From Chloroflexota bacterium (GTDB lineage: Bacteria; Chloroflexota; Dehalococcoidia; Lucifugimonadales; UBA3495): 64,000 bases of DNA. Below are positions 21,369-29,722 of this stretch, piece by piece. Numbering within the stretch: position 1 is the first letter of the stretch; each line of letters starts with the position of its first letter. The stretch spans positions 8,600-72,599 of the forward strand of contig VXTR01000052.1 of assembly GCA_009837355.1 (NCBI GenBank), in the 5' to 3' direction. The notes under the pieces are model-generated. The model was not told where the DNA came from. It saw only the letters and a list, made by a program, of their open reading frames with translations, and did not search any database. Position numbers and translations under genes: made by a program.

Positions 21369-21788
21369 ATGGCAAGCGAAACCGAAATCCGACCTTTCAA
21401 CGCCGCGTCGTTCTACGCCTTTCTGAAAGAGGGCAGGTTTATGGGCGTACGCTGCCGGGAGAATGGCAACATCTACGCGGAAGCGCGGCCCATTGACCCG
21501 GTGAGCCACAGCAGCGACATGGAGTGGCACGAACTGAGCGGGCGGGCGACGTTGAGCACGTTCACTTGCATTTCGGTAGCCCCGGCGTCGCTGGAGGCCA
21601 AGGGATACGGGAGGAATAACCCCTACTGCACGGGGATAGTCACGCTGGAAGAAGGGCCGCGCATATCGGCGCGGATTGCCGGAGTTGACGCAGCGAATCC
21701 GCAGAACATACGGACGGGGATGGCGCTCCGGCTGGACCTGGGCGAGTTTGACCCGGAGGAGCCAGGACTGGTGTTTCGGCCGGCGTAA
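21369..21788 (+). CDS. DUF35 OB-fold protein (thiolase partner), zinc ribbon degenerate
   Basis: 139 aa starting 5 nt after the thiolase stop. OB-fold C-terminal region. Only one Cys remains where the usual CxxC...CxxC ribbon sits. Confidence 0.7.
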   Translation: MASETEIRPFNAASFYAFLKEGRFMGVRCRENGNIYAEARPIDPVSHSSDMEWHELSGRATLSTFTCISVAPASLEAKGYGRNNPYCTGIVTLEEGPRISARIAGVDAANPQNIRTGMALRLDLGEFDPEEPGLVFRPA

Positions 21789-21790
21789 GG

Positions 21791-22267
21791 TCAGGCTTGG
21801 CCGGAACGCTTGCAGATGGTGCAGGCAGAGTCGTGCCAGACGTAGGACGAATGGGGTGAGTGCACGACCTCAAACAAACCTATGTCGCGGTATTTGCGGC
21901 AGTTGAAGCAGAGTTGGGTGGCGTCGGGGTCTAGTTGTGCCGGGATCCCCCTTTCCGCGAGGATATGGGTTTTGCGGATCTGTCGCTTGGAAAAGGGAAG
22001 GCGTTGCAGGACGCGCTCTTCAAACATCAGCTTCCAGGCGTCTCCGGCGGACATGGGACGGTAGAGTAGCCTCTGCTCGTCATCGGGCTGATGCGCGTAC
22101 ACGTAATCAATGTAGTTTCCCACCGTCTCATACAGCATTGAGACGACTTCATCGTAGGTGTCGCCGATGGCGGGAACGTCAAGTTCAACGCAGAAGGCTT
22201 CCCAAGTGTCGGGGTCGGACCGGGTTTTCTTGACGTAACAGGTCAACTTGCGCGGTCTTGCATTCAT
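21791..22267 (-). CDS. HicB-like N-terminal domain fused to a C-terminal CxxC...CxxC zinc ribbon (paralog 1)
   Basis: 158 aa. 'LTCYVKKTRSDPDTWEAFCVELDVPAIGDTYDEVVSML' resembles the HicB_lk antitoxin fold. C-terminal CFNC...CTIC. Confidence 0.55.
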   Translation of the reverse strand: MNARPRKLTCYVKKTRSDPDTWEAFCVELDVPAIGDTYDEVVSMLYETVGNYIDYVYAHQPDDEQRLLYRPMSAGDAWKLMFEERVLQRLPFSKRQIRKTHILAERGIPAQLDPDATQLCFNCRKYRDIGLFEVVHSPHSSYVWHDSACTICKRSGQA

Positions 22268-22320
22268 GGCCGTTACCGATGCGGGCTTGACGCTGTTGCG
22301 GTGGGCTGCGCCGATAGATG

Positions 22321-22797
22321 CTAGCCAGCGACGGGGTCCTTGCAGAAGTTGCAGGTTTTGTCGTACCAGACATAGGCGCTGTTGGGCTCGTGGAAGACCT
22401 CAAAGTCGCCGATACTGCGGAATTTTTTGCAGGTGAGGCAGAGCGCAGTGTAGTTGGGGTCAAGTTGGACGGGGATGCCCTTCTCAGCGCTGACGTGGAT
22501 TTTGCGAACCTGTCGATTGGAGAAAGGGAGCCTCTGGAGGAAGCGTTCCTCGAACCGGAGCTTCCAGACATCGGCGGCCGGCATGGGCCGGAACATCAGG
22601 CTCTGCTCGTCGTCGGGCTGGCGTTCGTGGATGAAATCAATATAGTTTTCCAGCCGCTCGTGCATCTTGCCGACTACTTCTTCGTAAGTGTCCCCGATGG
22701 CAGGTATGTCCACTTCAACACAGAACCCTTCCCAGGTATCAGGATTGGAGCGGGTTTTCTTGATGTAGCAGGTCAACTGGCGGGGTTGCGTGTCCAT
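22321..22797 (-). CDS. HicB-like N-terminal domain fused to a C-terminal zinc ribbon (paralog 2)
   Basis: 158 aa. Gapless alignment to paralog 1 gives 98/158 identical residues (counted by hand). CLTC...CNFC. Confidence 0.55.
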   Translation of the reverse strand: MDTQPRQLTCYIKKTRSNPDTWEGFCVEVDIPAIGDTYEEVVGKMHERLENYIDFIHERQPDDEQSLMFRPMPAADVWKLRFEERFLQRLPFSNRQVRKIHVSAEKGIPVQLDPNYTALCLTCKKFRSIGDFEVFHEPNSAYVWYDKTCNFCKDPVAG

Positions 22798-22894
22798 GAT
22801 ATTTCCTTGGCGGTGGTATCAGCATGAAACAGGGGTGGAGATACTGATGCCCCTCTCGGTAAAGAGGAGAGGGGCATTTTGCGGTGTCGGTTGG

Positions 22895-23320
22895 TTAGTC
22901 GAGGCCGCGGGTGCCGACCCAGCCGGTTTCGGAGACGTCGATCATCTCGCCGTTGGGACCCTCGTACTTCGTCTCTACGTTCTGAGTGCGGGGGCCGGTC
23001 ATGCCGGCGTGGAGGGCATGGTTCACCTCGTCCATGGGCTTGGAGTTGGCGGCGGCGAGGCGGGCCTCGATGTCTTCCAGGCTCTCGACCTCAAAGCCGA
23101 TGTGGTGGATGCCTTCCCAGTCCTTGCCGCGCTCGCCGGCGACGGCGTCGTTCTGGAAGTCCAGGATGGCCATGTTGACGTTGCCGTCGCTGAGCATGTA
23201 GCCGTTGGCGTTGTCGCTCTGGAGCTCGGCTACCTGGCGGAGGCCGAAGACTTCGGCGTAGAATTTGGCGGTTTTTGCGGCGTCGTTGGTGGCGATGGCG
23301 ATGTGCTTAATCTGAGGCAT
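22895..23320 (-). CDS. VOC/glyoxalase-family protein
   Basis: ATG 23320 with GGAGGGAC RBS, 141 aa. 'IKHIAIATNDAAKTAKFYAEVFGL' and 'IHHIGFEVESLEDI' fit the VOC pattern. Confidence 0.8.
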   Translation of the reverse strand: MPQIKHIAIATNDAAKTAKFYAEVFGLRQVAELQSDNANGYMLSDGNVNMAILDFQNDAVAGERGKDWEGIHHIGFEVESLEDIEARLAAANSKPMDEVNHALHAGMTGPRTQNVETKYEGPNGEMIDVSETGWVGTRGLD

Positions 23321-23412
23321 TTTGTCCCTCCTGGAGTTTGGCTCGTAGTGGGCTGGTTGTTGGTGGAACGATACCACTTTTGCGGCGGATGGGCTAGTGC
23401 GGGCGATGGCAG

Positions 23413-24453
23413 TTACTTTCCGGAGCGCGCGCCGTGAACGGCGCCCCGGGCGACGGCGTGCTCGGCGATTTGCAGGGCGTTGAGGGCGGCGCCTTTGACC
23501 AGGTTGTCGGTTACGACCCACATGGCGAGGCCGTTGGGATGGGAAGCGTCCTGGCGGATGCGGCCCACGAACACCTCGTCGCGGCCGGCGGCGTCGACGG
23601 GCATTGGATAGAGGGATGCCGTCGGGTCGTCGTGGACGGCGAGGCCGGGCATCTGGCTGAGCAACTCGCGAGCCTCGCCGGGGGAGAGCGGCTGCTCGAA
23701 CTCCAGATGGGCGGCTACGCAGTGAGATACGAAGACCGGGACGCGGACACAGGTTGCGGAGACCGCCATCTCCGGTTCGTGGAGAATCTTGCGGCTTTCG
23801 TCAATCATCTTCTGCTCTTCGCGGGTGTAGCCGGACTCGGTGAAGGCGTCAATCTGGGGGATGACGTTGAAGGCTATTTGCTGGGGCTGCGCTTCCGGTT
23901 CGGCGGGGCCGCCGTGCATCACGGTGCGGGTCTGGTCGGTCAGTTCGTTCATGGCCGCGCCGCCGGCGCCGGAAACGGACTGGTAGGTGTCGGCGACGAT
24001 GCGGCGGATGGGACTGGCCTGGCGCAGCGGATGGGCAACCATCACCAGCGGCGTGGTGGAGCAGTTGGGAATGGACACGATGCCATTGTGCCAGTCCAGG
24101 TCGTCGCCGTTGACCTCCGGCACGACCAGGGGAACGTCGGGGTCCATGCGGAAGGCGCTGGAGTCGTCGATGACCATAGCGCCGGCTTGGGCGGCCAGCG
24201 GGCCGAAACGTCGGGAGTCCTCGGTGCGCGCGGAGATGAAGACCAGGTCGGCGTCATCGAAACTGTCATCGGTGGTCTCGGCCACGGTGAAGGTCTTGCT
24301 GTTGACCTCCATCTTGCGGCCGGCGGAACGCTTGGAGGCCAGCAGCTTGAGGTTGGTGTGCTGCGGATAGCGGGCCTCGATGAGACGCAGGGTCTCCTGA
24401 CCAACGGCGCCGGTAGCGCCGACGATGGCGAGTTTCAATCCTTGAAGGTCCAT
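23413..24453 (-). CDS. asd: Aspartate-semialdehyde dehydrogenase
   Basis: 'KLAIVGATGAVGQ' NADP site and 'IPNCSTT' active-site Cys. 346 aa. Confidence 0.93.
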   Translation of the reverse strand: MDLQGLKLAIVGATGAVGQETLRLIEARYPQHTNLKLLASKRSAGRKMEVNSKTFTVAETTDDSFDDADLVFISARTEDSRRFGPLAAQAGAMVIDDSSAFRMDPDVPLVVPEVNGDDLDWHNGIVSIPNCSTTPLVMVAHPLRQASPIRRIVADTYQSVSGAGGAAMNELTDQTRTVMHGGPAEPEAQPQQIAFNVIPQIDAFTESGYTREEQKMIDESRKILHEPEMAVSATCVRVPVFVSHCVAAHLEFEQPLSPGEARELLSQMPGLAVHDDPTASLYPMPVDAAGRDEVFVGRIRQDASHPNGLAMWVVTDNLVKGAALNALQIAEHAVARGAVHGARSGK

Positions 24454-24570
24454 TTCACTCCTTTGCTGTTGCTCACTCCCGGAATCGGCGCTGCGGGAGT
24501 TGATGACCGCTATTCAGGTTACACCCGATGCAGATTGCCGTCCATACGATGCAACGGAGCAAAGGAAACG

Positions 24571-25380
24571 CTAGAGGCCGAGGACGGTTTCCAGGCCGAC
24601 GGTGAGGCCGGGGCGATTGACCACCTCGCGGACGCAGCGGAGCACGCCGGGCATATAGCAGTCGCGGCCGAGGGTGTCGTGGCGGATGCTGAGGGTCTGG
24701 CCGGCGGCGCCGAATATCACCTCGTGGTGGGCGCTGCGGCCGGGGAGCCGCAGGCTGTGGATGCCCACGCCGCCGGTGTCGCCGCCGCGGGTTTCGGGCA
24801 GGTGATGGACGGAGGTTTGGTTGCGCTGGAAATCGCTGCCCCGCTCTTCGCGCATACCCCTGGCGATGGCCAGGGAGAAGCCGGAGGGCGCATCAATTTT
24901 CATTTCGTGGTGGGCTTCCACCACGTCAACGTAGTCAAAAAAGGCGGCGGCCTGCTCGGCCAGCTTTTTCAGCACGACGGCGCCCAGGGCGAAGTTGGGG
25001 GCGACGATGACGCCGACGCCGTGCTCGCGGCTCATGGTGTCCAGCGTTTGCAGCTGGTCGGCGTTGAGGCCGCTGGCGCCGAGGACCATGTGGATGCCCC
25101 GGTGGGCGGCCAGTAGGACGGCCTCCATACAGGCTTCGGCGTGAGTGAATTCAACCATTACCTGCGGATTGGCCGAATCGAGGAGGGATGCCAGGTCGGT
25201 GGACAGGGGAACGTCTCCGGCGGGTGTTGGGAGAATGTCGCCGCGGGGAGTATGGCAGGTTGCGCCTACGAGGGTCATATCGTCGGCGACAGATACAGCA
25301 CGGACGGTTTCGGCGCCCATGCGTCCGGTGGCGCCGTGAATTACGACTGAGATTGCGCCGGTGTTTGCAGTGGCCGTCAT
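24571..25380 (-). CDS. dapB: 4-hydroxy-tetrahydrodipicolinate reductase
   Basis: 'VVIHGATGRMG' and 'EAHHEMKIDAPSG' motifs. 269 aa. Confidence 0.92.
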   Translation of the reverse strand: MTATANTGAISVVIHGATGRMGAETVRAVSVADDMTLVGATCHTPRGDILPTPAGDVPLSTDLASLLDSANPQVMVEFTHAEACMEAVLLAAHRGIHMVLGASGLNADQLQTLDTMSREHGVGVIVAPNFALGAVVLKKLAEQAAAFFDYVDVVEAHHEMKIDAPSGFSLAIARGMREERGSDFQRNQTSVHHLPETRGGDTGGVGIHSLRLPGRSAHHEVIFGAAGQTLSIRHDTLGRDCYMPGVLRCVREVVNRPGLTVGLETVLGL

Positions 25381-25455
25381 AACAGCGCCTCCGTATCGTG
25401 TTTAGTCGCCGGTTGGAGCGAATATAGCATACCGGCCAGCCGGGTTCGGGTGCCG

Positions 25456-27399
25456 CTATTGGGTCAGGGCGTGGTCGTAGCGTTGCAGGCAGGACTTCAC
25501 CACCAGGTCAACATCCTCGGCCAGGAGGTAGCCCTCATCAGCCAGCCGGGTGGTGGCGACTTCGACTTGGGCAGCGTAGTCGCCGCGGCTGGCGTAGCGT
25601 TCGGCGAGGGACGGACGCGGGTCGCTGTTGGCGCTGCGCTGGGCTTCGGTGGCGGCGAACCAGTGGGTTGAACCCTGCATGGACATCAGCTGCTCGGGCG
25701 CTCCGGTGTCGGGATGGCGAAGGTTCCAGCCGGTGTGGGTGCCGATGGGGACGGTGAGGTCGGGCAAACGGATGCCGGCCAGGTCGTTGCCGTCGGCGTC
25801 GGGGGCGGGCACCAGGTGAGGATACTCGCGACCCTCCCGGACGGGGTAGGCGGCGATGCCGCGATGTCCCTCGGGGCCTAGGTCGATTTCACGGACGCGC
25901 CAGAGGCGTGCCGGGTCGGGCCGACTTTGCTCAGGGACGGCTGGCAGGTTGTTGAGGTAGGCGGCCTGGGTTACGGCGGTGCCATCGTCGAGCCTGGGGT
26001 GTTGGCTTGGCGGCGGTTCCGTGCCGTCGGATGCCCAACGGTCGAGGTTGAACAGGGCGGCCCGCAGCAGCGGTATGTAGTCAACGGCGCTATAGGGATG
26101 CCGGCCGGTGGAACCGTCGGGGCCCTGGCCGGCCATGAGGTCGGGAGCTCCGGGCAGATGCTGGGCGCCGGCGAATAGATAGCGCCGGGTTTCGGAGGCC
26201 GCGTCCAGATCGGCGTCGCCGGCGCTGCTGACGTGGGTGAGGCAGGCGTCGCCGCGCCAGTACTCGGCGGCGGAGTCGGTGTAGATGATCTTGGGCACGG
26301 CGTTGAGCTTTCGCAGGCGGTTGAGCAGGCCGTCGGTCTGTTCGGTTAGAGTGTCGGTGAGGGTGTCGTCGGCGAAGGGGAATTGATGGCCGAAACCGGG
26401 GTTGGACTGGCAGGAAGGCTGGGCGAAACGATGGTTGAACTCGCCCATGCGTCCGCCGGCGACGTGGGGGAGCAGACCGTCGAAGACGGGCTGGCCGGAC
26501 TCGTCCACGTTGAGGCCGAGGTAGGCCATGGTGCGGAGGAGGCGGCCGGACTGGGAGACGCCGTGGGCGTAGATGCGCTGGTAGCCGGCGGCGATGTCGG
26601 AGGGGTTGCGCAGCCAGGCGGCGGCGTCGCGGATGGCGAGCAGGCCGCAGCCAACGACGACGGGCTTGGCGGCGGTGTAAATGACGTAGTAGATTTTGCC
26701 GGGTTGGAATCCTGATTCCAGGGTAATGTGCTCCGGGTCGGGGAAATGCCACTGGGAGCGAGGGATTACGGTATCGGGGCCGTCTTCCCAATCGCGGACC
26801 CGGAGGGTTGCGTCGGGGTCGTTGAGGTCGGCGACGGGATAGGGGCGATGCTCGCGGTTGGCGAGGAGGCGGGTGGTTTCGGCGACGTTGGGGCGCATCT
26901 CGACGCAGGCCTGGCCGGTTACGGGCTGGCCGTCGATGCGGATTTCGGGAGCGTCGAGGCCGAGGAGGGCGTCGCTGCGATAGACGTCCCACTGCCAGCC
27001 GATGGAGAGGACGGAGTAGCCGTGCTTGAGCAGAAAGCCGTCGCCCTCGGGTATTTCGGTGGAAGTGATGGGCGGCGTCGGAGCGCGGTTGAAGAAGGGG
27101 ATGGTGCGGCGCCGGCCCCGGTTGACGACTTCGACGATGAGCCGGCCGTTGCCACACGACGGGTCGGTGGGCGCGACCAGGGTGAAGTCGGATTGAAAGC
27201 GGACGCAGCCGGCGTCGGGATCTGTCGAGGGCCGGGTCGGAGCGTATTGCAGGTCGGTGATGGATTGGTTGGCCGGGTTCTGTGGGTCAACGGCGTAGGT
27301 GAGCACACCGTCGATGCGTTGGTAGCTGCCGGCAGCGCCAAAGGATTGGGCGCCGGCGTAGGGTTGACGTTGCTTGATGTTCACTGCGGTTACGGGCAT
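25456..27399 (-). CDS. Large hypothetical protein, possible alpha/beta-hydrolase-domain protein
   Basis: 647-aa ORF with a GxSxG-like 'HGVSQSGR'. The family is only vaguely recognised from memory. Confidence 0.55.
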   Translation of the reverse strand: MPVTAVNIKQRQPYAGAQSFGAAGSYQRIDGVLTYAVDPQNPANQSITDLQYAPTRPSTDPDAGCVRFQSDFTLVAPTDPSCGNGRLIVEVVNRGRRRTIPFFNRAPTPPITSTEIPEGDGFLLKHGYSVLSIGWQWDVYRSDALLGLDAPEIRIDGQPVTGQACVEMRPNVAETTRLLANREHRPYPVADLNDPDATLRVRDWEDGPDTVIPRSQWHFPDPEHITLESGFQPGKIYYVIYTAAKPVVVGCGLLAIRDAAAWLRNPSDIAAGYQRIYAHGVSQSGRLLRTMAYLGLNVDESGQPVFDGLLPHVAGGRMGEFNHRFAQPSCQSNPGFGHQFPFADDTLTDTLTEQTDGLLNRLRKLNAVPKIIYTDSAAEYWRGDACLTHVSSAGDADLDAASETRRYLFAGAQHLPGAPDLMAGQGPDGSTGRHPYSAVDYIPLLRAALFNLDRWASDGTEPPPSQHPRLDDGTAVTQAAYLNNLPAVPEQSRPDPARLWRVREIDLGPEGHRGIAAYPVREGREYPHLVPAPDADGNDLAGIRLPDLTVPIGTHTGWNLRHPDTGAPEQLMSMQGSTHWFAATEAQRSANSDPRPSLAERYASRGDYAAQVEVATTRLADEGYLLAEDVDLVVKSCLQRYDHALTQ

Positions 27400-27851
27400 G
27401 GTGAAGCTCCGCGGGTCAAGGTTACGCCGGCGATGGTAGCAATCAGAGCGTGCCGGGTCAAAGGGGAGGGGGGCGGATTTGCGGTTGGCTGCGTGGCGCT
27501 GGTTTCATTTTGGTTGGCTCCTTTGGGTTGGATTCGGGATTCGGTAGGTTAGCCTGCGAGAGGTAAGGTGGTCGTTGTCAGCCCCACGGCCGGGGGAGTT
27601 ACGCAAGGGGGTTTATACCCTCCGAGTGGGTGAGCCTAATGAGAGCGTCCAGATCAGAGGTAGCCACCGTTAAGATTCGCACGGGTCATTTGTTAGCCGT
27701 ACACGCCGCAGTGGGTAGCGCGCTGGAACAAGCGTGGTCTTGCGATTTGGAGATGCTGACGGTTGTGGCCGTTGACGACCGGAACCGTGATGGTTCTGAT
27801 TTACCTCGTTGCAGACTGTGGGTTACCGATGATTTCGCTAGCGATGAGGCT

Positions 27852-27881
27852 ATTATGAACGTCTGTTCTATGAATTGTCAA
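27852..27881 (-). promoter_or_regulatory. Near-consensus sigma-70 promoter on the minus strand (TTGACA, 18-nt spacer, CATAAT)
   Basis: TTGACA is the reverse complement of 27876-27881 and CATAAT the reverse complement of 27852-27857. It points toward the 647-aa gene about 445 nt away. Confidence 0.55.
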
Positions 27882-27930
27882 GCAGTTTGAGGTCACTGTA
27901 AGAATTTGGATTGCTGCCTCTGCCCGGTCC

Positions 27931-27970
27931 CTGGATTCCCATCTGCGCGGAAATGACGGCGTGGGAGGCG
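27931..27970. repeat. Short hairpin repeat, copy A (CTGGATTCC...GGAAATGACGG)
   Basis: Shares CTGGATT(C/A)C-N(8-10)-GGAA(A)TGACG with the copies at 29073-29110 and 37511-37539. Copies A and B also share a following GTGGGAGG/TGGGGGAGG. Confidence 0.6.
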
Positions 27971-27971
27971 G

Positions 27972-28000
27972 TTGACCGTTGGGGGATTGGGTTTTAGACT
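27972..28000 (+). promoter_or_regulatory. Candidate promoter of the aquaporin gene (TTGACC, 17-nt spacer, TAGACT)
   Basis: Hexamers at 27972-27977 and 27995-28000. Confidence 0.4.
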
Positions 28001-28051
28001 GTCTGCGCTATGAATGGTTGCGGCGACATCGCAAAGGTTTGGGCAGCGCGC

Positions 28052-28076
28052 GAGGGCGGATTTTCCGCCCTTTTTG
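28052..28076 (+). terminator. Terminator-like hairpin with T-run in the aquaporin 5' leader (possible attenuator)
   Basis: GGGCGG (28054-28059), ATTTT loop, CCGCCC (28065-28070), then TTTTT. A second GGGCGG at 28084-28089 could pair with the same CCGCCC. Confidence 0.45.
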
Positions 28077-28098
28077 CATGTGCGGGCGGATAGTGCCT

Positions 28099-28761
28099 AT
28101 GCACGGGTTGATGCAAAGGTTGCTGGCGGAGGCGGTGGGGACGGCGTTTCTGCTGATGGCGGTGGTGGGCAGCGGGATCGCGGCGCAGCGGTTGAGTCCC
28201 GGCGACGTTGGGCTGCAGCTGTTTGAGAACGCGGTGGCGACGGCCTTTGCGCTGATGGCGTTGATTTGGGCTTTCGGGCCGGTGTCGGGGGCGCACTTCA
28301 ACCCGGCGGTTACGCTGGCGGACGTGGCGCTCAAGGGGCGTCCGGTGAAGGAGGGCATCGCCTACATCGGCGCGCAGGTGATTGGCGGCATCGTGGGGAC
28401 GATTCTAGCCAACCTGATGTTCGCGCTGCCGGCGGTGAACTGGTCGACGAAGGTACGGAGCGGGCCGGATTTGTGGCTGGCCGAGGTGATTGCCACGCTG
28501 GGCCTGCTGATGGTGATATTCCTGATACCGCGGCGGAACGGGATTATTGTTGCGCCGGCGGTGGGGGCGTACATCGGCGCGGCGTACTTTTTCACGTCGT
28601 CAACGAGTTTTGCCAACCCGGCGGTAACGGTGGCGCGGATGTTTTCGGACACGTTCGCCGGGATCCAGCCGGCGTCGGCGCCGGTGTTCATCGTGATGCA
28701 GCTGGTGGGGGCGGCGTTGGCGATTGGGCTAGTGTGGGCGCTAGTCGGACGGCGACGATAG
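28099..28761 (+). CDS. MIP-family channel (aquaporin/aquaglyceroporin)
   Basis: Two NPA boxes (GAHFNPAVTLA, SFANPAVTVAR), six hydrophobic segments, ATG 28099. Confidence 0.9.
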   Translation: MHGLMQRLLAEAVGTAFLLMAVVGSGIAAQRLSPGDVGLQLFENAVATAFALMALIWAFGPVSGAHFNPAVTLADVALKGRPVKEGIAYIGAQVIGGIVGTILANLMFALPAVNWSTKVRSGPDLWLAEVIATLGLLMVIFLIPRRNGIIVAPAVGAYIGAAYFFTSSTSFANPAVTVARMFSDTFAGIQPASAPVFIVMQLVGAALAIGLVWALVGRRR

Positions 28762-29625
28762 GGGAACGTAAATCCAGCCTTCCAGTCGGGCGTCGGCCAG
28801 CTCGTCGGGCTGGGGACGGCGAAAGCGGACACAGTCCTGCGCCCACATGGCGGCTCCAACCGCGGCGACTACGGAGTCCAGGCAGTCGTCGTTGGCGAGG
28901 GAGTTTGCGCGCACCGTGTCCAGGTTGGGCAGTGGGATGCCGGAGTTCAGAGCGAGGCCGTTGAGAATCGCCGCGCGCCGCTGGGTTGAATGTTGTCCGC
29001 GCTTGTACCCTTTGTAGGGCAGGTTGAGGGACTTGAGGAGGGCGCCGGGCATTAGCTCCAGGAGGGTTACGCATGGATTCCGGCTTTCGCCGGAATGACG
29101 TGGGGGAGGGGAGGATTCGGGTTCGAGCGGAGAAGTTTCGGGTAGCGGCGGGACATGCCAGCGTAGCGGGTGGTGTTGATGCCACTGATGGAGCAATTGG
29201 AGGCCGGCGTGGGTCATGGGGAGCATATTGGGGTTGACGTTGTGCAACGGTGAGTAGCTTTCAGGATGATGCTTTCGGTCGCCGGCGCGTTTTGGTTCGC
29301 CGTGGTTAGCGACGAAGGCGTTGCGGGCGGCGATAAAGTCCGCCTGGCTCATGCCGGCTACGGTTCGCCAGAGGGTCGGCATATCAAGCGGTCGATGTTT
29401 GGGTGACAGGAAGCAGGCGAATTGGGATGGTACACCAAAGGGAAAGTCCAAGGCGGCTACTGCCGGCGTGGGTACAGTAGGCAGCAGGTCGTAGAGATCG
29501 GCGCGGCGGATGGACTGCGCTCCGTCCAGCAGTAGCGCGCCGTCGTCAGTTAGATTTCCCAGGGTGAGCCAGGTGTTGCGGTCGGAGCGGGCGCCGCTGA
29601 AATCGACGCCGATGATGGTGGTCAT
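28741..29625 (-). CDS. DUF429-family protein carrying an in-frame hairpin-repeat insertion
   Basis: ATG 29625 gives 'MTTIIGVDFSGA', typical of DUF429 N-termini. The internal stretch 'PPPRHSGESRNPCV' is encoded by repeat copy B. Confidence 0.65.
   Translation of the reverse strand: MTTIIGVDFSGARSDRNTWLTLGNLTDDGALLLDGAQSIRRADLYDLLPTVPTPAVAALDFPFGVPSQFACFLSPKHRPLDMPTLWRTVAGMSQADFIAARNAFVANHGEPKRAGDRKHHPESYSPLHNVNPNMLPMTHAGLQLLHQWHQHHPLRWHVPPLPETSPLEPESSPPPRHSGESRNPCVTLLELMPGALLKSLNLPYKGYKRGQHSTQRRAAILNGLALNSGIPLPNLDTVRANSLANDDCLDSVVAAVGAAMWAQDCVRFRRPQPDELADARLEGWIYVPLSSPSD
29073..29110. repeat. Short hairpin repeat, copy B (inside the DUF429 coding sequence)
   Basis: TGGATTCCGGCTTTCGCCGGAATGACGTGGGGGAGGGG. 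Perfect 8-bp stem ATTCCGGC/GCCGGAAT. Confidence 0.65.
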
Positions 29626-29722
29626 CGCCGTGCCGTCCGGGTTGCGTTGGTTAGCAATTGAGTTAGAATACGGACGAGCAGATTTTAGCGCAATTGCCGA
29701 TTGACGGAAGGAGCCAGATTTC

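Noticed and set aside
23434-25116. 560-aa plus-strand ORF
   Set aside because: It runs antisense to the well-supported asd and dapB genes. Its composition is Gly/Ala/Val/His-rich and repetitive, typical of shadow ORFs in GC-rich DNA.
26090-27157. 355-aa minus-strand ORF in an alternative frame of the 647-aa gene
   Set aside because: Extreme Arg/Pro composition. It is an off-frame artefact of the real 25456..27399 ORF.
27647-27668. CUGAUCUGGA-like string (minus strand) reminiscent of the TPP riboswitch P4/P5 core
   Set aside because: The obligatory CUGAGA element and the surrounding helices of the thi-box are absent, so the match is coincidental.
27630-27890. 86-aa plus-strand ORF in the long intergenic region
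   Set aside because: No RBS, a GTG start, and third-position GC much lower than neighbouring genes. No motifs, and it overlaps the minus-strand promoter. It is treated as non-coding, though this is not excluded.
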